A DNA stretch of 32,000 nucleotides from Pseudodesulfovibrio piezophilus C1TLV30 (GCF_000341895.1 NC_020409.1:2610001-2642000); one strand, 5' to 3'. Positions 1 through 8,331 are shown, counted from the stretch's first letter. Made by a program: numbers and translations. The notes: generated from the letters alone by a model not told the origin.

Positions 1-418
1 CCGTGAATTCAGGGTTGCAATGGATAGGGATGAAGAGACTGTCTCCATCCTGAACAACTTCCTTGCTCAGATTTTTTCCCCATGGTCGAGTCGGTTCCAT
101 GTCACACCTGTCGCCGGAACATCCTGCCAGCACGAATGTTTCTTCATCTTCCAGAATGTATATATTCGATTCCAGTCCGAAAAGGACACGGGGTATCATC
201 ATGCAGACCGCGTAGAACATGTCCCTTCCGCGAAGCTCTTGAGCCAGTTCGAAGAAGATATTGAGCGCCTGGACCTGTTGCAGGGAGAAGTCGTAGCCTT
301 CGTAATCGTGGAGCTTTTCCTCGATACGTTCCTGCACACGGCGTAGACGTTCCTCTTCCGAAGGAATTGTACTGCCGGACGCGCTGTATGTTTCGGATGA
401 GTCGTCGGGTCTGTTCAT
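1..418 (-). CDS. Hypothetical regulatory-type protein, N-terminal fragment (gene runs off the window start)
   Basis: My own minus-strand translation from the ATG at 418-416 stays open to position 1: MNRPDDSSETYSASGSTIPSEEERLRRVQERIEEKLHDYEGYDFSLQQVQALNIFFELAQELRGRDMFYAVCMMIPRVLFGLESNIYILEDEETFVLAG... It has a charged helical start followed by a GAF-like beginning. It is absent from the ORF track because there is no stop in the window. Listed + ORF 20..346 looks like its antisense shadow. Confidence 0.55.
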   Translation of the reverse strand, partial: MNRPDDSSETYSASGSTIPSEEERLRRVQERIEEKLHDYEGYDFSLQQVQALNIFFELAQELRGRDMFYAVCMMIPRVLFGLESNIYILEDEETFVLAGCSGDRCDMEPTRPWGKNLSKEVVQDGDSLFIPIHCNPEFT

Positions 419-559
419 GTTTTCACCAGATTACGATTTTTGTTTTCATTACTGGCATGAACCATACCCGGTGTGTGCTTTCTTCACAAGGTGAGCGTGA
501 AAAGAGTGTTTGTCTTGCTCTTGTCATTTTTCCCTTCTCTCTGATAGGAACCAGAAAAT

Positions 560-1897
560 ATGAAGATACATGAAGCGAGAATCCACCGTCTGAATGATGC
601 CGATATGAGCGCTGGCCCCATACTTTACTGGATGAGCCGGGAGCAACGGGTCCAGGACAATTGGGGACTGCTCCACGCTCGGGAGTTGGCGGGAGAGGAC
701 CGTCCCTTGATTGTCCTTTTCTGTCTTGTGCCGGGTTTTCTCGGGGCGACGTTGCGGCAGGACGATTTCATGCTGAACGGTTTGGCTGAAGTTGAAAACG
801 ATCTTGCGGCTCTGGGGATCGCCTTTCTGCTTCGTCTCGGAGACCCGGAAGAGGAAGTCATCCGCTGCGTTCTTGAAAAGGGAGTCGGCGCTGTGGTGAC
901 GGATTTCGACCCTCTCCGCATCAAGCAGGGGTGGCAGAAGGAAGTTGCTTCAACACTCCGTGTCCCGCTCATTGAAGTCGATGGGCACAATGTGGTCCCA
1001 GCCCGATCGGTTTCAGACAAGCAGGAGTATGCCGCCCGAACGCTCAGACCGAAGATTCATCGTCTTTCTTCTGAATTTCTAGAGGATTTCCCGCGTCTTG
1101 AACCTTTAGTCTGTTCCGCCTCACCAGCTGATCCAGTGGATTGGCATTCTCTTCGATCTTCCCTGCGGATGGATGAAACGGTTTCCCCTGTGGCGCTTGT
1201 ACCCGGTGAGAGTGCAGCCCATGCAGCACTTTCCGCCTTTGTCGATCATGGGTTGCATGGGTATGCCGAGCGACGCAATGATCCGGTCGCGGAAGCCACT
1301 TCACGACTTTCCGCCTTTTTTCATTTCGGTCACCTTGCTCCGCAGAGGGCCGCCTTGGCCGTGGCCGGGTCAGGCAAGGGCGAAGGACAGGCCGTCTACC
1401 TTGAAGAGGTGATTGTCCGGCGAGAACTATCCGATAATTTTTGCCTGTACAACATCCGCTACGATTCCTTGCATGGCGCACCGAACTGGGCATTGAAAAC
1501 GCTGGATGAGCACCGATCCGATCCCCGGCCTTTTCTTTATTCCCATGAGGAATTCGAGGCAGCCCGGACGCATTCTCCGCTTTGGAACGCAGCCCAGACC
1601 CAGCTTCTCAGGTCAGGGTTTATGCATGGTTATATGCGCATGTTCTGGGCAAAGAAGATTCTCGAATGGTCCCCGGACCCGGAGTCAGCTCATGCCACAG
1701 TCGTAACACTCAATGATCGCTATCAGCTCGACGGGCGTGATCCCAACGGATATGTCGGTGCCCTCTGGTCCGTGGCCGGGTTGCATGATCGTCCCTGGCA
1801 GACTCGCCCCATCTATGGCTCTGTCCGGTACATGAATTCCAATGGCTGCCGGAGGAAATTCGATACCAAGGCGTATATTTCCCGTTGGCTTAACTGA
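560..1897 (+). CDS. phr: Deoxyribodipyrimidine (CPD) photolyase, class II
   Basis: 445 aa. N-terminal ILYWMSREQRVQDNWGL. C-terminal FAD-binding block GYMRMFWAKKILEW...DGRDPNGYVG..WSVAGLHDRPW..RPIYGSVRYMN, typical of class II photolyases. Confidence 0.9.
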   Translation: MKIHEARIHRLNDADMSAGPILYWMSREQRVQDNWGLLHARELAGEDRPLIVLFCLVPGFLGATLRQDDFMLNGLAEVENDLAALGIAFLLRLGDPEEEVIRCVLEKGVGAVVTDFDPLRIKQGWQKEVASTLRVPLIEVDGHNVVPARSVSDKQEYAARTLRPKIHRLSSEFLEDFPRLEPLVCSASPADPVDWHSLRSSLRMDETVSPVALVPGESAAHAALSAFVDHGLHGYAERRNDPVAEATSRLSAFFHFGHLAPQRAALAVAGSGKGEGQAVYLEEVIVRRELSDNFCLYNIRYDSLHGAPNWALKTLDEHRSDPRPFLYSHEEFEAARTHSPLWNAAQTQLLRSGFMHGYMRMFWAKKILEWSPDPESAHATVVTLNDRYQLDGRDPNGYVGALWSVAGLHDRPWQTRPIYGSVRYMNSNGCRRKFDTKAYISRWLN

Positions 1898-1980
1898 ATT
1901 GTCGCCCCGAGCATCGTCACATTTACGATCGTCGCATTTTGTGCGAAAGTCCGCATGCACTTCGCAAGGGAGACAGTTTC

Positions 1981-3189
1981 ATGGAAAAGATCATATTGGT
2001 GCATGTGACCGGCGGTGACCGGCCCGGCCTGACTGCCGAATTAGCTCAGGTTCTGGCGGAATTCGAAATCGATGTTCTTGATATCGGTCAGGTGGTCATT
2101 CACAATTTTCTCACCCTCGGCATCCTTATCCGACTCCCGTCGGATTCCCAGCCAGTTCTCAAGGATCTGCTTTTCAGGGCGCATGAAATGGGCGTGACCA
2201 TGAAATTGCACCCCCTGGCGGAAAGCGAGTATGCCACTTGGGTTGAAGCTGCGGACAAACAACGGCATATCATTACGCTGCTGGCCCGGTCCATCTCATC
2301 CAAACAGATTGCGGCCATCACCAATGTGGTCAGCGAGGCCGGACTCAATATCGATACCATCCACCGCTTATCCGGTCGTGTGCCACTTGATTGCAGCGAT
2401 TATGAATGCTCTCGGGCCTGCGTGGAATTCACGGTCCGTGGTACGCCACCAGATATTGCCGCCATTCGATCAAGGTTCCTCGATATTTCAGCTGAATTAA
2501 TGGCCGACATCGCTTTTCAGGAAGACAATGTCTTCCGTCGCAACCGCCGTCTCGTAGCTTTTGATATGGACTCGACCCTGATTCAGGCTGAAGTGATTGA
2601 TGAATTGGCAAAGGAAGCAGGCGTGGGCGAGCAAGTTGCCGCCATTACGGAAGCGGCAATGCGCGGGGAACTGGACTTCAAGCAAAGCCTCAGAAAGCGG
2701 CTTTCCCTGCTCAATGGGTTGGATGAATCCGTCCTTCAGGTGGTGGCTGATCGTCTGCCCCTGACAGAGGGAGCGGAAAAACTTATTTCGACCCTCAAAA
2801 ACCTTGGCTACACCATCGCCATCCTTTCCGGCGGATTCACGTATTTCGGTAATATTCTCAAGGAGAAGCTCGGTCTTGATTATGTCTATGCCAATGAGTT
2901 GGAAATCAAAGACGGCAAACTGACGGGCAAGGCTGTCGGAGATATTGTGGATGCGGACAAGAAAGCAGAGTTGCTGCAACAGATTGCCGCCGAGGAATGT
3001 ATTTCCCTGCAACAGGTCATAGCCGTGGGTGATGGAGCCAATGATCTGCCGATGCTCAACCTTGCCGGTCTTGGGATTGCTTTTCATGCCAAACCAAAGG
3101 TCAAGAAAGGCGCTCGGCAGTCTATTTCCACTCTTGGTTTGGATTCGATTCTGTATCTGATAGGGCTGAGTGATCGCGACCTGGACTAA
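1981..3189 (+). CDS. serB: Phosphoserine phosphatase SerB with N-terminal ACT domains
   Basis: HAD motif I FDMDSTLI and motif GDGANDLPM. ACT-like N-terminus MEKIILVHVTGGDRPGLTAELAQVLA. Start moved from 1939 to the ATG at 1981, which follows AGGGAG. Confidence 0.9.
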   Translation: MEKIILVHVTGGDRPGLTAELAQVLAEFEIDVLDIGQVVIHNFLTLGILIRLPSDSQPVLKDLLFRAHEMGVTMKLHPLAESEYATWVEAADKQRHIITLLARSISSKQIAAITNVVSEAGLNIDTIHRLSGRVPLDCSDYECSRACVEFTVRGTPPDIAAIRSRFLDISAELMADIAFQEDNVFRRNRRLVAFDMDSTLIQAEVIDELAKEAGVGEQVAAITEAAMRGELDFKQSLRKRLSLLNGLDESVLQVVADRLPLTEGAEKLISTLKNLGYTIAILSGGFTYFGNILKEKLGLDYVYANELEIKDGKLTGKAVGDIVDADKKAELLQQIAAEECISLQQVIAVGDGANDLPMLNLAGLGIAFHAKPKVKKGARQSISTLGLDSILYLIGLSDRDLD

Positions 3190-3213
3190 ACATCGGTTCA
3201 ATATTTTCATAAA

Positions 3214-3257
3214 GGAAACGGCCTGAAAAGAGACTCTTCAGGCCGTTTCCTTTTTTC
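3214..3257. terminator. Intrinsic terminator between convergent serB and the cupin gene
   Basis: 14-bp perfect stem ggaaacggcctgaa / ttcaggccgtttcc (3214-3227 / 3237-3250) followed by T6 on the + strand. Only TTT follows on the minus strand. Confidence 0.8.
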
Positions 3258-3309
3258 ATTATTGGGGAGTCGGAAATGGAGGGAATCGGGCCGGGAGGTC
3301 TCTTCCCAT

Positions 3310-3981
3310 TTAAATATAGTCAGGGTAATCTGTACACAACAGATGCAGGGGTTGTTCGTCTTCCTCAATACGGGGAAAGCGTGCCTGGGGTTCGTGAAAA
3401 CGGTTGTCGGCGTTGTCATCATTGACTGAGGAGACCTCTCCCACAAGTACTTTCCCCTTGCCGGCTTCTCCATAAAATCGATGGTACATGCCTTGTTCGA
3501 GAAAGATGGATTCGCCGGGTTCGAGGGTCACGGTCCCGCCGGGGGCCACTGTCCGTGGCATACCGTCGATCATGACAGTCATCGGTTCCGTGCTGAGTTC
3601 TTCATCGGGTGTGGAGCCGTATAATTCTATGACGAGATTCCCACCACCGCGATTGATGATATCTTCGGTCTTGGACCAGTGGAAATGCATGGGGCATATC
3701 TGGCTCTCGCGGACGATCATGATTTTTTCGGCATATGTTTTCGGATGACCCGAGGCGAGGTTCCCATTGCGGATGGTAAAGAGAATCAAACCTTTTTTCT
3801 CGAATTCTCCTGCACCGTAGTCGGTCAGATCCCATCCCAGTTGATTGTGGACAACTTCGGTTTCACCTTTGCCTTTCCAGTCTTGGGGCGACCAGAAAGC
3901 CCAGCGGGGAAGCTTGAATTGAAATGATTCGTAGAACGCCTTGGCATCGCGGATGAGTGCATTGATTTCGCTTCGTTTCAT
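3310..3981 (-). CDS. D-lyxose/D-mannose family sugar isomerase (cupin fold)
   Basis: MKRSEINALIRDAKAFY..., metal-binding cupin block CPMHFHWSKTEDIINRGGG...YHRF, family-like length. Start set at the internal ATG 3981 (MKRSE...) rather than 4068. Confidence 0.75.
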   Translation of the reverse strand: MKRSEINALIRDAKAFYESFQFKLPRWAFWSPQDWKGKGETEVVHNQLGWDLTDYGAGEFEKKGLILFTIRNGNLASGHPKTYAEKIMIVRESQICPMHFHWSKTEDIINRGGGNLVIELYGSTPDEELSTEPMTVMIDGMPRTVAPGGTVTLEPGESIFLEQGMYHRFYGEAGKGKVLVGEVSSVNDDNADNRFHEPQARFPRIEEDEQPLHLLCTDYPDYI

Positions 3982-4252
3982 GGGAGAGAAAGTATGAGAG
4001 GAGGGGCAGGTCGTCAAGCAGGACAAGGATATTTGTTCAAAGGGTGCCTGCCAGATACGGCCCGGCACTTCTCGTTGCCTGTCGGTTGGCTCTCTGGTTT
4101 GGAAGGAGAATCATTCATGGAAGTAAATGTCCTGCAAAAAAAAGTGGCATTTAGGCAACGCTGAGGGTATAGGAGAAGCCTGCTTGCTCCGATATGGCTG
4201 GTTCCGGGCGACGGATTTCACCGTCACCTTTTATTTTTGTGAGGTATGGAAA

Positions 4253-4717
4253 ATGGGACTGTTCAATAAAAAAGACAGTGACAACACCGAGCTGAACGCC
4301 TTCCTGGGCGTTGGAACCGAGTATTGTGGAAAGCTCGATTTTGTCGGGACGGTTCGTATCGACGGACGCTTCGAAGGTGAGATTGCAACCGATGGAGACC
4401 TTATTCTCGGTCGCAAGGCGTTTATCACCGGATCGGTCAAGGTTGGCCGACTCACTTCCTGTGGCCGGATTGATGGCGAAGTGGTCGTCGCGGAACGGGC
4501 TGTGCTTGAAAAGACATCTGTCCTTAATGGTTCCCTGAGTGCGCCGACATTGGTCGTGGAAAACGGGGCCATTCTTGAGGGCGTCGTCGTCATGACCAAG
4601 GAAGGGGCTGCTGCAAAGGCCAAGGTTGTTTCCGCCGATTTCGGTGCGCGGGTGAACCAGCCGGTGGTCTCTGATATTTCGATCGCCAAAACGGGATCGG
4701 ATGATACTATTCTATAG
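4253..4717 (+). CDS. Bactofilin (polymer-forming cytoskeletal protein, DUF583)
   Basis: MGLFNKK... followed by a repetitive beta-helix pattern (G.L.F.G.VRIDGRFEGEI...GDLILG..A.ITGSVKVG.L...G.IDGEV). GAGG lies 8 nt before the ATG at 4253. The upstream extension to 4127 looks non-native. Confidence 0.85.
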   Translation: MGLFNKKDSDNTELNAFLGVGTEYCGKLDFVGTVRIDGRFEGEIATDGDLILGRKAFITGSVKVGRLTSCGRIDGEVVVAERAVLEKTSVLNGSLSAPTLVVENGAILEGVVVMTKEGAAAKAKVVSADFGARVNQPVVSDISIAKTGSDDTIL

Positions 4718-4734
4718 TCAAAAGGGATGAGAAA

Positions 4735-4887
4735 ATGTTTGAACTTGTAATCAGGAACAATGGTGTCGAGCGCGTCGTCTACTCTGCGGAGGACGTACGC
4801 CTGGTCGAGTTGGTGCGTCAGCGCCATGCTCGCTCGTTGGCCGTTGGTGAGGCAACCATCAGGGAAGCCAAGGCGAAGGATGCTTAG
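4735..4887 (+). CDS. Small hypothetical protein (50 aa), candidate only
   Basis: ORF below the track cutoff, found by hand: MFELVIRNNGVERVVYSAEDVRLVELVRQRHARSLAVGEATIREAKAKDA. It lies 17 nt after the bactofilin stop and is preceded by AAGGGA. Confidence 0.4.
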   Translation: MFELVIRNNGVERVVYSAEDVRLVELVRQRHARSLAVGEATIREAKAKDA

Positions 4888-4938
4888 GAACTTCTGAGCG
4901 CGTGTCCTTCCACATTTCGGCACATGGGTGTCATGGTA

Positions 4939-4961
4939 AGAGGGTCGCATAGCGGCCCTCT
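4939..4961 (+). other. Stem-loop without a T-tract, paralogous to the 5113-5133 hairpin
   Basis: agagggtcgc-ata-gcggccctct, a 10-bp stem with one G-U pair. It shares the inner TCGC-WTA-GCGG core with the 5113 terminator hairpin. Confidence 0.5.
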
Positions 4962-5008
4962 GGCTGTTGAAAAACAGAGCTTTGTCCCGTGGTGTCGAAA
5001 CCGTTCAA

Positions 5009-5053
5009 GGCAGGGAATGGATGAATTCATAGAGTCCCTGCCATGTTTTTTTT
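5009..5053 (+). terminator. Intrinsic terminator (likely end of the bactofilin unit)
   Basis: ggcaggga (5009-5016) pairs with tccctgcc (5035-5042), followed by T8 at 5046-5053. Confidence 0.7.
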
Positions 5054-5112
5054 GCAGTAGAAGATGAAATGATTTGGACGGGGTCTGAAAGAGTGGCTTG
5101 TGCACTTCATCA

Positions 5113-5139
5113 GGGGATCGCTTAGCGGTCCCCTTTTTT
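5113..5139 (+). terminator. Second + strand intrinsic terminator
   Basis: ggggatcgc-tta-gcggtcccc, a 9-bp stem followed immediately by T6. Confidence 0.7.
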
Positions 5140-5203
5140 GTGTTGGCGGAGAAGGTAGGTGACTCTTTGCATGGAGTGAGGGAAAGCTCCTTCCTCAAAC
5201 GGG

Positions 5204-5229
5204 AAAAAGGCCGCTTTCGCGGCCTTTTT
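5204..5229. terminator. Bidirectional intrinsic terminator
   Basis: aaaaa-ggccgc-tttc-gcggcc-ttttt: a GC stem flanked by A5 and T5, so it can terminate on either strand. Confidence 0.75.
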
Positions 5230-5317
5230 CGGTCTGGGTCAACTGTTGAGGAGGGTTAAAGGTTTTGGTTAGGTGTGCATTCTTACTTTAGGGGAGGTAT
5301 GGTATATGCTTAAGACC

Positions 5318-5509
5318 CTATCGTCGCGGCTCTGATCTTCTGGAGGACTGGGGGTTGTCCGTTTTGACAAAGATCGGTGCCAGGGTCATATCGCCGCTCT
5401 TTATTCCACCTGCCCGGACGCCAGGGGAGGCGTCCGGGTCGGTGAGGAGGGATCGCCGCAACAACGCGGCGATCAGGATGACTAGAGTGACTGTGACTAC
5501 ATCGTGCAT
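5318..5509 (-). CDS. Hypothetical 63-aa peptide with one N-terminal hydrophobic helix (alternative to the ncRNA call)
   Basis: MHDVVTVTLVILIAALLRRS... There is no Shine-Dalgarno. The ATG coincides with the predicted transcription start, so translation would have to be leaderless. Confidence 0.3.
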   Translation of the reverse strand: MHDVVTVTLVILIAALLRRSLLTDPDASPGVRAGGIKSGDMTLAPIFVKTDNPQSSRRSEPRR

Positions 5510-5520
5510 GAAATTCTATT

Positions 5521-5536
5521 AGCATGAGCCATGCCA
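5521..5536 (-). promoter_or_regulatory. Sigma-54 (RpoN) -24/-12 type promoter
   Basis: The minus strand reads TGGCATGGCTCATGCT, against consensus TGGCACG-N4-TTGCW. GG and GC are separated by exactly 10 nt. It was the only such match in my manual scan of TGGCA occurrences on both strands. Confidence 0.6.
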
Positions 5537-5602
5537 AAACATAAAAGAGTGTATTTTCAGTGTGGTATGAGAAATACAATAGATTATAGAGGGGCTTGCT
5601 TT

Positions 5603-5648
5603 GTGCAAAGTGCAACAATGGACACTCGTTTTTTGCACATATGTGCAA
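5603..5648. promoter_or_regulatory. Candidate enhancer (UAS) for the sigma-54 promoter: GTGCAA half-sites including a perfect 16-bp palindrome
   Basis: TTGCACATATGTGCAA at 5633-5648 is a perfect palindrome. Further GTGCAA copies lie at 5603-5608 and 5610-5615. All are about 90-135 bp upstream of the predicted +1. Confidence 0.45.
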
Positions 5649-5959
5649 TGAAAGAGTGTGGTGTGATGTGTTCCGGTCTCGTGTCCAAGAAAAAGATCGG
5701 GGTATCAAAGAGATTGTGTCAGGGAGGCTTTTGAGAAGACCTTTCCTTCATTTTGCAATGCAGGCTCAAGGAGTCGGTCTTTCAATAGGACAAGGATATG
5801 ATCTGATCTGGATGACAGAAAGAAGATAAGAGGTATCCAGCCGATTCGGCATGAAAAGGGGTTTTCTGCTACATCGGACTGGATGAGACCTCTTGGATTC
5901 GGGGGAAAGAATGTCTTGTGTTCGAAGATTCGATTGGTTCGAAAGTCAGGATGACACGT

Positions 5960-6442
5960 CTACAGTTCCTTGTCTTCCAGTAATCCTGGACCACTTGCTG
6001 CGCCACGGGCCAGATCGTCCACCCGTTCATTGAGCAGTTGGCCGGAGTGACCCTTCACCCATTTGAAGGTTACGTCCTGTTTTTCGATGAGGGGGATAAG
6101 TTGTCGCCAGAGGTCCTGATTTTTGACAGGCTTCTTGGCAGCGGTTTTCCAGCCGTTTTTGAGCCAGTTCTTGAGCCAGCCTTTTGTGATGGCCTGCTGA
6201 ACATATTTCGAATCAGTCCACAATTCGACTTCACATTGGCGTGAGAGCGCCTCCAACGCAACAATAACCGCACGGAGTTCCATCCGGTTATTGGTCGTTT
6301 CCTTGTATCCCTGGGCCAGTTCCTTGTAGTTGTCAGCCTTGTCGCCTTTGTATTCTCCATAAATGAGAATGGCTCCATAGCCTCCGGGACCGGGATTGCC
6401 GAGGCATGAGCCGTCGGTGTAGATCGTCACTTTGTTATTCAC
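5960..6442 (-). CDS. rnhA: Ribonuclease HI
   Basis: [47 protein letters not shown]: the full RNase H catalytic signature. Confidence 0.95.
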   Translation of the reverse strand: MNNKVTIYTDGSCLGNPGPGGYGAILIYGEYKGDKADNYKELAQGYKETTNNRMELRAVIVALEALSRQCEVELWTDSKYVQQAITKGWLKNWLKNGWKTAAKKPVKNQDLWRQLIPLIEKQDVTFKWVKGHSGQLLNERVDDLARGAASGPGLLEDKEL

Positions 6443-6950
6443 TGGGGGTAGTTCCTTGGTTTACCTGGGAGAGTCGGTCAAAAATGGTGAGAAGAACAAT
6501 TTTGATTTCCTCCGGCCAGTCATTGTATTCAAAAGAGGGCAGGAAGTGTTCTGTCCTGATCTGTTCGATAAAGTCTGCTCCCAGAGCCTGTCTCATAAGG
6601 CCCGGAAATCGGAGCTGAACTTCATTTATACTGGGAGCAAGACCTATGTACATGGTTTTTCTATCCAGTTCTGGGACCACGAAATCCCCGCCATAGATCT
6701 GAATCTTGCATTCCAGACCGAATTCGTCCTTGAGAGTGCGCGTGAAGGAGAGAATGAATTTCTTCTGCTCCTTATCCAGGGTCTTTGTTTCGTCGTAGAT
6801 GGATGATTGTTGATTGATCATGTCCACTACACGCTCATTATTCTTGGTGAATGCCCAGATAACGGCAGCGAAGACAAGGAGCATCGCAATGGTGCGGATG
6901 ATCTTTTCCTTCGGATTGTTGGCATGTACTTTGGGTATTGAAAGTCTCAT
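6435..6950 (-). CDS. Membrane-anchored hypothetical protein (possibly TPM-domain-like)
   Basis: 171 aa with an N-terminal TM helix ([18 protein letters not shown]) and a soluble domain. Its 3' end overlaps the rnhA start by 8 nt, suggesting an operon. Confidence 0.7.
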   Translation of the reverse strand: MRLSIPKVHANNPKEKIIRTIAMLLVFAAVIWAFTKNNERVVDMINQQSSIYDETKTLDKEQKKFILSFTRTLKDEFGLECKIQIYGGDFVVPELDRKTMYIGLAPSINEVQLRFPGLMRQALGADFIEQIRTEHFLPSFEYNDWPEEIKIVLLTIFDRLSQVNQGTTPSE

Positions 6951-7098
6951 GGGGGTCCTCGTGTCCGTGTTGAATCTCCGGATTGGATAAACCTACCGCG
7001 CCGGTGGATATCATGCAAGCCCGCATGGTTGCAATGCGTTCTAGAGCCGGGAATCAAGAGTGTTTCAGCGAAGAGGCTCAGTGGCTTCGGTTTGCATG

Positions 7099-8331
7099 CT
7101 ATCCGTCACCGCGTAGGGCCTGAATAGGATCGAGATCTGCCGCCTGTTTGGCCGGTTTCAGACCAAAGATCAAGCCCACCCCTTGTGATCCGGCCAGGGC
7201 CATGAAAAAAGCCTTCCATGAAAACTGGATAGTCAGAATGTCGAGCCGAGTAAGGAACTGCCCCAGTCCGAGTCCGAGAAACAGGCCGAGCACACCCCCT
7301 ATCAGAGTCAGGGCGCATGCCTCTATGAGAAATTGTATCATGATGGCAGATTTATGCGCGCCGAGAGCCTTCTTCAATCCGATCTCCTCTGCCCGCTCCG
7401 AGACGGAAATGGAAAAAAGATTCGCCAGCACGAATCCGCCTACCAACATGGCTATGGTTGCGGTCACTCCCAGAAAAATGCTCAGTCCTCCCTTGAACAT
7501 GGCCATGAATTTGAGAACTTCGTCTGCGGTCAGGATGGTAAAATCATCGTCTTCTCCGTCTTTCAGATTGTGCTGGTGTCGGAGAAGTGAACGAAGATTT
7601 TCCATGTGTGCGGGCATGTAGTCCGGTTCATAAAATTTGACCCTGAGAGCTCTGAAATATTTACGGTCAAGATTGTATCGTTGCATGAGCGTGGAGAGCG
7701 GGATGATGATTCTGTTGTCGATATCGCCCCCTCCTCCGCCTGAAAAACCCCGGTATGACAATGTCCCAACCACCTGGAAGGGAACATTGTTAATATAGAT
7801 GACCTTCCCCACGGGGGATTCCTGACCGAAAAGTTCCACAGAGGGCTTGTGCCCCAGGAGCGCAATCTTGGCACCGATGCGTTCATCTTCAGGGGAAATA
7901 TCTCGTCCTTCTGCCAGGGGCCAGTTCCATGCTTTGGAATAATCATTGGTCGCACCGATGATTCGGACATCCTGATAATTCTTGTTACCATATTTTACCG
8001 TCTGGCCACTTTTGGCCCGCATGGGGAGCACCTGATAGGCTCCCGGCAGTGAATCCTGAACCCGTTGGGCATCCTCCCTGCTCAGAGTCAGGGTGCGCAT
8101 GCCCACCGCGCGCTTCATGAAGTTTCCGCCAAAGACCAGGGCTGCATCAGGGCCGAAAATTTCCACCATTTCCATTGCTTTTCTATTAGCCCCGTCCACA
8201 GCCGTGATAATCAGGGTCAGGCTGGCAATACCAAAGGCAACGCCAAGGACGACAAACAGGGAGCGGAGCTTGAATGCCCAGACAGCACCCAGCCCCATGT
8301 TGGTAATTCGTGCTAACAATCGTGGTGTCAT
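7099..8331 (-). CDS. ABC transporter permease, MacB/FtsX family
   Basis: 410 aa: N-terminal TM helix, large periplasmic domain, then a C-terminal FtsX-type three-helix bundle (EEIGLKKALGA...). Confidence 0.9.
   Translation of the reverse strand: MTPRLLARITNMGLGAVWAFKLRSLFVVLGVAFGIASLTLIITAVDGANRKAMEMVEIFGPDAALVFGGNFMKRAVGMRTLTLSREDAQRVQDSLPGAYQVLPMRAKSGQTVKYGNKNYQDVRIIGATNDYSKAWNWPLAEGRDISPEDERIGAKIALLGHKPSVELFGQESPVGKVIYINNVPFQVVGTLSYRGFSGGGGGDIDNRIIIPLSTLMQRYNLDRKYFRALRVKFYEPDYMPAHMENLRSLLRHQHNLKDGEDDDFTILTADEVLKFMAMFKGGLSIFLGVTATIAMLVGGFVLANLFSISVSERAEEIGLKKALGAHKSAIMIQFLIEACALTLIGGVLGLFLGLGLGQFLTRLDILTIQFSWKAFFMALAGSQGVGLIFGLKPAKQAADLDPIQALRGDG

Larger units (their letters stand above)
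5204..5511 (-). ncRNA. Candidate sigma-54-dependent small RNA (alternative reading: leaderless mRNA for the 63-aa ORF)
   Basis: The unit runs from the predicted +1 of the sigma-54-like promoter to the 5229-5204 terminator. It has two perfect hairpins (5451-5474 and 5413-5438) and four CCUCC-type tracts. No expression data are available. Confidence 0.35.

Noticed and set aside
20-346. 108-aa + strand ORF at the window start
   Set aside because: The opposite strand gives a much more protein-like product with an ATG at 418 and stays open to position 1. The + ORF is most likely its antisense shadow.
2497-3210. 237-aa minus ORF
   Set aside because: It lies entirely antisense to serB, which has unambiguous HAD motifs. 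This is typical shadow-frame composition.
4117-4164. 15-aa ORF (MEVNVLQKKVAFRQR) with a strong GGAAGGAGAA SD upstream of bactofilin
   Set aside because: It is too short to support as a gene. It could be a leader peptide, but there is no attenuator structure to go with it.
4231-4950. 239-aa minus ORF
   Set aside because: It is antisense to the bactofilin gene and the small ORF. It is Ser/Thr/Pro/Arg-rich low-complexity sequence with no recognisable motif.
5310-5708. 132-aa minus ORF spanning the sigma-54 site and palindromes
   Set aside because: It runs through the AT-rich regulatory region, has implausible composition (His/Cys/Ser-rich) and would start upstream of the predicted promoter.
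5915-5950. tRNA-like GGTTCGAA T-loop motif downstream of rnhA
   Set aside because: I could not build an acceptor stem, an anticodon arm or a D-arm around it. The TTCGAA copies are just short self-complementary repeats.
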